Made by a program: the position numbers and the translations under genes. DNA of 64,000 nucleotides. It comes from Candidatus Poribacteria bacterium. GTDB lineage: Bacteria; Poribacteria; WGA-4E; WGA-3G. Below are positions 59,591 to 64,000 of the stretch, in pieces; within the stretch, counting starts at the first letter, position 1, and every line of letters starts with the position of its first letter. The stretch is from the NCBI GenBank assembly GCA_964291315.2, contig OZ219753.1, positions 1,984,001-2,048,000 on the forward strand, written 5' to 3'. The notes under the pieces are model-generated. The model saw only the letters and a list, made by a program, of their open reading frames with translations. It was not told where the DNA came from and ran no database searches.

Positions 59591-61474
59591 TCACGGAGAT
59601 ACAGGCTTGACACAACGGAAGCCGAGGTCATTGCCCGTGCTCATCGCCGGAATCTGGTCACGATTCGACACTGTCACGGTGTCAGCAGCATAGATAAAGG
59701 AGCCACCGCGCAAAACACGCCGCGAATCAGTATCAGCCGTTGTGTAGGTATCTACTAACGACTGGAGCGTCTCCTCACCTGACAGCGGGTTCTCAGCCGG
59801 AGAACTCGCATAGAACTCCATATCATACGCATCCAGACACCACTCCCAGACATTACCTGCCATATCATACAGACCATAACCATTCGCCGCATACGCTCCG
59901 ATAGGGGTTGTGATACCGACAACCGAACCGTAGTTCGCATAGCTGGAATCTATCGTGTCGCCCCAAGGGTAGAGCTTGCCCGCTAAACCACCGCGCGCAG
60001 CATATTCCCACTCCGCCTCGGTCGGGAGACGCTTGCCTACCCACTTCGCATATGCCATCGCACCATACCAACTCACCCGAACAACGGGATGATTCGCATA
60101 CCCCAATTTCGCATGATACGTTCCGTCTACCAGTTCAATCTGTGAACCGCCACACGAGTAAGAAGAAATGTCGTTTCCGAGCTCACACCACATATGGCCA
60201 GCCTCTGCATGTTTGCCCATGGCATTGAGAAACGCGACGTATTCCGCGTTCGTCACTTCATTCACATCCATATAAAACGCATCTAAAGTGACAGCGTGAA
60301 CAGGACTTTCATCCCCAGCACCCGTGGTGCTGCCCATCTGGAAGGTACCCGCAGGGATCAGCACCATGTTCGACGAAGTAGTCGGATTTTGCTGAGATAC
60401 CCCTTGGAGTTGCTCCGAGCTTTGCTGAGTAGACCTCTGGAGTTCTGAACCTTCACCGTTACCTTGCCCACTATTATCTCCAGAAGATACCGACACCCAG
60501 CTAGAAGTGACGGTCACTTCACAACCGCTCGTACACAACATAAACCCATCCGCCTGGACTAACCGACCCTGCGGACGATCCGAGTACAGCAATTGAGCCG
60601 CCGCTACGGATGACTCGACTGCCTCCGAGACGAGACGAAACGACCGACCCGGATGAACCCAAAACGGAAACGTTCTTGTGCTGCTCTTCGGTTTTATCGC
60701 ACCATCTGCGTTTGAAATCTGAAAATAAATCCCGTTACTCGCCCACGAATGAAACACTCGTGCCTTACCAGGACGGATACGATAGCGGCCTCGGGTCCGA
60801 AAACCCTCCGGAATTCCTAGATCTGTGTTTGACTCCTTCCACGTGGAACGGACCACATACAGATCGTTATCCGTCGCGTTTATTACAAGGTTCTCTGTCC
60901 ATTCCGGAACAGCAGCCGTCTCTCCATCACTTTCACCAGCACTATCGCCGCCCTGATTATTCGCAGGAGATCTCGACTCACCATTCAGAGGTACCCAATC
61001 AGGAGTGACGGTCACTTGACAACCACTCGGACACTGCACAAAACCATCCGAGTGCACTAACTGATCACTCGAACGATCCGAATACAGCAGCTGATCCACT
61101 CCTACCGAACCATCAAACGCAGCCGAAACAACACGAAACGACCGACCCGGATGAACCCAAAACGGAGACGTCGACGTGCTGCCCTCCGGTTTTATCGCAC
61201 CATCTGCGTTTGAAATACGGAAATAGATGCTGTTACTTGACCACGAATAAAAAATACGCGTCTTACCAGGATTGATACGGTAGGGACCTCGCGTCCAGAA
61301 ACCAGCCGGGATGTCTTTGGTGCTATCCGCCGCCTTCCATGTAGCCCTGATCACATACACATCTTCCGGCGTATTGTTCGTTACAAGATTCATCTTCCAT
61401 TCTGCCGCTGCGAACGGGACGCTCGCAAACATGAATACGGCAAGCAGGGAGAGAACCAATACTGTCCTACGCAT
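59591..61474 (-). CDS. secreted protein: two tandem ~140-aa domains plus C-terminal FGE/SUMF1-like (CLec-fold) domain
   Basis: signal peptide; IPAGTFQMG, EVTN..Y, HPVV.VSW, RLPTEAEWEYAARG, GLYDMAGNVWEW, RVLRGGS, GFRC. Confidence 0.9.
   Translation of the reverse strand: MRRTVLVLSLLAVFMFASVPFAAAEWKMNLVTNNTPEDVYVIRATWKAADSTKDIPAGFWTRGPYRINPGKTRIFYSWSSNSIYFRISNADGAIKPEGSTSTSPFWVHPGRSFRVVSAAFDGSVGVDQLLYSDRSSDQLVHSDGFVQCPSGCQVTVTPDWVPLNGESRSPANNQGGDSAGESDGETAAVPEWTENLVINATDNDLYVVRSTWKESNTDLGIPEGFRTRGRYRIRPGKARVFHSWASNGIYFQISNADGAIKPKSSTRTFPFWVHPGRSFRLVSEAVESSVAAAQLLYSDRPQGRLVQADGFMLCTSGCEVTVTSSWVSVSSGDNSGQGNGEGSELQRSTQQSSEQLQGVSQQNPTTSSNMVLIPAGTFQMGSTTGAGDESPVHAVTLDAFYMDVNEVTNAEYVAFLNAMGKHAEAGHMWCELGNDISSYSCGGSQIELVDGTYHAKLGYANHPVVRVSWYGAMAYAKWVGKRLPTEAEWEYAARGGLAGKLYPWGDTIDSSYANYGSVVGITTPIGAYAANGYGLYDMAGNVWEWCLDAYDMEFYASSPAENPLSGEETLQSLVDTYTTADTDSRRVLRGGSFIYAADTVTVSNRDQIPAMSTGNDLGFRCVKPVSP
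60493..61402 (-). repeat. internal domain duplication, period 498 bp (166 aa)
   Basis: shared blocks such as CGACCGACCCGGATGAACCCAAAACGGA at 60641 and 61139; ISNADGAIKP, PFWVHPGRSFR, QLLYSDR twice. Confidence 0.9.
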
Positions 61475-61495
61475 TTTGTGCCTCCTTATTCTTAA

Positions 61496-62134
61496 CTACT
61501 TCATTATCAACATTTTACGGGTTGCGTTGAAAGAACCTGCTTCAAGTGTATAGAAATAGACACCGCTCGCAACAGATTCACCCGTATCGTTACGCCCATC
61601 CCAATACACCGCACGAGACTTGCTGCGGTAGGCACCGGGTGCCTGATGCCCTAAGGAGAGCGTCCGCACTAAGCTGCCATCAGCCGCGTAAATGGACACT
61701 TTGACTTCAGCGGCATCTGCAAGGTCGTATGGGATCCAAGTCTCTGGGTTGAACGGGTTCGGATAGTTTGTGAGCAGTGCAGACTGCTTTGGGATTGCCT
61801 GCTGCTTCTCGGATAGCAAGAGCAGGCGATCTGCGAGCTCTTGCTGTCTTGCATGCACGAGAGCGGGTTCCAGTTCACCGGATTCTGTGGGTTTCGCCTC
61901 GGGCTCTGTGATAAAGTGTAAGCCCACTGTCCCGTGAGGTTTCGCCAATCTACCCGGCTCCGTGGGTTTCGCCTCGGGCTCTGTGATAAATTGCCGGTCT
62001 GTTTCTACTTGCAGCGTAGCCGAGGGGCTCTCAAGACTCGTTTTTGCATTACTTGTCGTATAGAAAACGAAGCATAAGGCGATTGCAGCACTCGATGCTC
62101 CGACGACTTTGAGAAAAGGCATCCAATATTTCAT
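61496..62134 (-). CDS. small secreted protein, essentially a T9SS/FlgD-like C-terminal domain
   Basis: signal peptide; LLTNYPNPFNPETWIPY..WDGRND.GE.VASGVYFY..RKMLIMK. Confidence 0.85.
   Translation of the reverse strand: MKYWMPFLKVVGASSAAIALCFVFYTTSNAKTSLESPSATLQVETDRQFITEPEAKPTEPGRLAKPHGTVGLHFITEPEAKPTESGELEPALVHARQQELADRLLLLSEKQQAIPKQSALLTNYPNPFNPETWIPYDLADAAEVKVSIYAADGSLVRTLSLGHQAPGAYRSKSRAVYWDGRNDTGESVASGVYFYTLEAGSFNATRKMLIMK
61887..61990 (-). repeat. 29-bp exact direct repeat (period 75 bp) encoding FITEPEAKPT
   Basis: GTGGGTTTCGCCTCGGGCTCTGTGATAAA at 61887-61915 and 61962-61990. Confidence 0.9.
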
Positions 62135-62222
62135 GCTAAACTCCTTTGATACGACTGTGATGTTGATTAGACATCTCTTTCAAAAATCTTATTTTAATTC
62201 TAAAACTACTTAACCATGTGAC

Positions 62223-62251
62223 ATTATACCCTAATTTTAATTCTGTGTCAA
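62223..62251 (-). promoter_or_regulatory. sigma70 consensus promoter for the CTD/FGE genes
   Basis: TTGACA-N17-TATAAT on the minus strand. Confidence 0.75.
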
Positions 62252-62411
62252 CTTATTTCCAAAAAAAAACGCAAAAAATTGAGATTGCGCTCATGCGTCA
62301 CTAAAGTAGACCTTATAACGATATAATCAACGTAAGTTAGTTTAATAGGTTTTGATCGACACTGAACAACGCATCAGCGAACCTCGATGAAGGCATTCGA
62401 CCAATTTGAGT

Positions 62412-62440
62412 TTGACATCTGCCGGGGTTTGTGATAAATT
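62412..62440 (+). promoter_or_regulatory. sigma70-like promoter, probably giving a leaderless mRNA
   Basis: TTGACA-N17-TAAATT ends 7 nt before ATG 62448; no SD. Confidence 0.55.
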
Positions 62441-62447
62441 TCTGATT

Positions 62448-63596
62448 ATGAAAATTGTTGTTGCTCCTGATTCATTTAAAGGGAGCGTCAGTGCTCTTGA
62501 AGCCGCACATGCGATTGAGCAGGGGATCCGGCGCGTGTTTCCCGATGCCGTTATCGACAAAATCCCAATGGCAGACGGGGGCGAGGGAACTGTGCAATCG
62601 CTCGTTGATGCCACTGGCGGCCACCTGCGAACGCAGCACGTGGTCGGCCCTCTCGGAAACCAAGTCGAAGCAACATTTGGCATTCTTGCAGATGAGGAGA
62701 CAGCTGTTATTGAGATGGCATCTGCATCAGGACTCACGCTTGTTCCCCCAGACAATCGAAACCCGCTTCTCACTACGACTTATGGGACCGGGCAGCTTAT
62801 CCGCGCTGCGCTGGAAGTAGGGTGCAGACGTTTAATTATCGGTATCGGCGGCAGTGCCACGAACGACGGCGGGGTCGGGATGGCGGAGGCCCTCGGGGTG
62901 CGATCACTCAGAGCAGATGGAAAACAGATTCCGCGCGGCGGCGGAAACCTCCAGCAATTGCGGTCCATAGATATAACAAAGCTACACCCTGCGATTGCCG
63001 AAACCGAAACAGTTGTCGCCTGCGATGTCAACAATCCACTGACGGGCACAAACGGTGCCTCACACGTCTATGGACCACAAAAAGGGGCTACCCCTGAGAT
63101 GATTGAAACCTTAGATAGATGTCTCGCACATCTCAACGCAGTTTTAACCCAGACGCTCGGAAAATCCTTCAATGCCATCCCCGGCGCAGGAGCAGCTGGC
63201 GGATTAGGAGCCGGGCTTATGGCGTTTCTTAACGCAGAATTAAAGCTCGGCGTTGATATTATGATTGATGCCGTTAACCTCAAAAAACGGGTACAAGGGG
63301 CCTCCCTCATCTTTACCGGCGAGGGACAATTAGACTTTCAAACCGCGTTCGGTAAGACACCAATTGGCGTTGCCAAGATTGCAAAGGCACACGGGATCCC
63401 CGTCATAGCTATCGCTGGCAGCATCGCTGAAGGAGCTGAGGCAGTCTACGAGGCCGGTATTGATGCAATGTTGGGCATCCCCCAAGAACCGATGTCGCTT
63501 GAAGATGCTGTTAAAGCAGCAACACGGTTGATAGCAAACACAGCAGAACAGGCAGCGCGATTAGTTGCTATCGGGAATAGTGGATTGAAGGGCTAA
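62448..63596 (+). CDS. glycerate kinase (GlxK/GarK family)
   Basis: MKIVVAPDSFKGS, PMADGGEGT, IEMASASGL, GIGGSATNDGG, YGPQKGA, TGEG.LD.QT..GK. Confidence 0.96.
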   Translation: MKIVVAPDSFKGSVSALEAAHAIEQGIRRVFPDAVIDKIPMADGGEGTVQSLVDATGGHLRTQHVVGPLGNQVEATFGILADEETAVIEMASASGLTLVPPDNRNPLLTTTYGTGQLIRAALEVGCRRLIIGIGGSATNDGGVGMAEALGVRSLRADGKQIPRGGGNLQQLRSIDITKLHPAIAETETVVACDVNNPLTGTNGASHVYGPQKGATPEMIETLDRCLAHLNAVLTQTLGKSFNAIPGAGAAGGLGAGLMAFLNAELKLGVDIMIDAVNLKKRVQGASLIFTGEGQLDFQTAFGKTPIGVAKIAKAHGIPVIAIAGSIAEGAEAVYEAGIDAMLGIPQEPMSLEDAVKAATRLIANTAEQAARLVAIGNSGLKG

Positions 63597-63618
63597 TGTT
63601 CGAACCCCGCTGAAGATC

Positions 63619-63659
63619 GGAAAGACGGAAGAAGTCTGTTTCCAACCTTCCATCTTTCC
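63619..63659. terminator. hairpin between convergent genes
   Basis: GGAAAGACGGAAG ... CTTCCATCTTTCC. Confidence 0.5.
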
Positions 63660-63676
63660 ACTTTGCTACCTAATGC

Positions 63677-64000
63677 CTAATGTCCATTTGACAACGGCAG
63701 CACTGGTTTGTCCTTCAGAAAATCGTCTGTCTCTATTTGCCACACCTTCATATCTGCAGCGAGGGATCGGATGCAGTCAGCATGTTCAGGCAGATCGGCG
63801 AGGTTGGTCGTCTCCCACGGATCTTGCTCTAGATCAAAGAGCTGGAGGCACTCTGTGCCAGCTCCGGTCTCTTCAGAAACATAATAACGAATCAATTTCC
63901 AACGTTTGTCCTTGACCGTGCGCTGAATGTCTTTATACGCCGCGAAAACTGTGGTTCTCACCTGCTCTACGTCCCCTTTCATGAGCGGTACTAAACTGCA
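63677..64000 (-). CDS. sulfatase, C-terminal part (truncated by window edge)
   Basis: frame open to the edge; SLVPL, R.V...WKLI.Y, LFDLEQDPWETTNLA. Confidence 0.8.
   Translation of the reverse strand, partial: CSLVPLMKGDVEQVRTTVFAAYKDIQRTVKDKRWKLIRYYVSEETGAGTECLQLFDLEQDPWETTNLADLPEHADCIRSLAADMKVWQIETDDFLKDKPVLPLSNGH

Noticed and set aside
59591-60370. Active formylglycine-generating enzyme for the nearby sulfatase
   Set aside because: The catalytic Cys pair after RGGS is absent; the radical-SAM maturase at 26636 is the better candidate.
59380-60400. Complete DGR around the FGE/CLec gene
   Set aside because: No reverse transcriptase or template repeat in the window; kept only as a remote-target hypothesis.
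1-64000. CRISPR array, tRNA/rRNA, transposase, integrase or prophage
   Set aside because: No regularly spaced repeat-spacer array, cloverleaf or rRNA-like segment, and no DDE, tyrosine-recombinase or phage structural motifs seen; the clear tandem repeats all lie inside CDS.

Overview
Gene-dense bacterial chromosomal window with about 50 CDS. No rRNA, tRNA, CRISPR array, transposase or integrase was recognised. Gene content suggests Candidatus Poribacteria or a similar sponge-symbiont lineage (inference): an NYPNPFNPETWIPY-type C-terminal domain, a PhyH dioxygenase, a DUF6785-type membrane protein, a DUF1592/DUF1552 pair, and a sulfatase plus maturase. Housekeeping genes include folP, acpS, mqnD, a DinG helicase, hisZ-hisG-hisS, holA, thrC, argF and glycerate kinase, interleaved with many secreted or membrane proteins. 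The best-supported unannotated element is a ribosome-dependent histidine attenuator upstream of hisZ-hisG-hisS: a consensus promoter, a 16-aa His-rich leader peptide below the ORF-track cutoff, and mutually exclusive antiterminator and terminator helices. Other highlights: (1) a PorV-like barrel plus three proteins with T9SS-like C-terminal sorting domains; (2) a beta/gamma-crystallin, repeat-expanded flotillin and Cys-rich protein cluster; (3) a putative RM pair with Cys4-type inserts in both genes; (4) a lactonase that appears to have captured the DUF1552 Tat leader; (5) a HisZ that keeps an anticodon-binding domain; (6) a GcvH paralogue without the lipoyl lysine; (7) a ~180-nt end-paired intergenic element. 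All calls are from motif recognition by eye; no searches were run.
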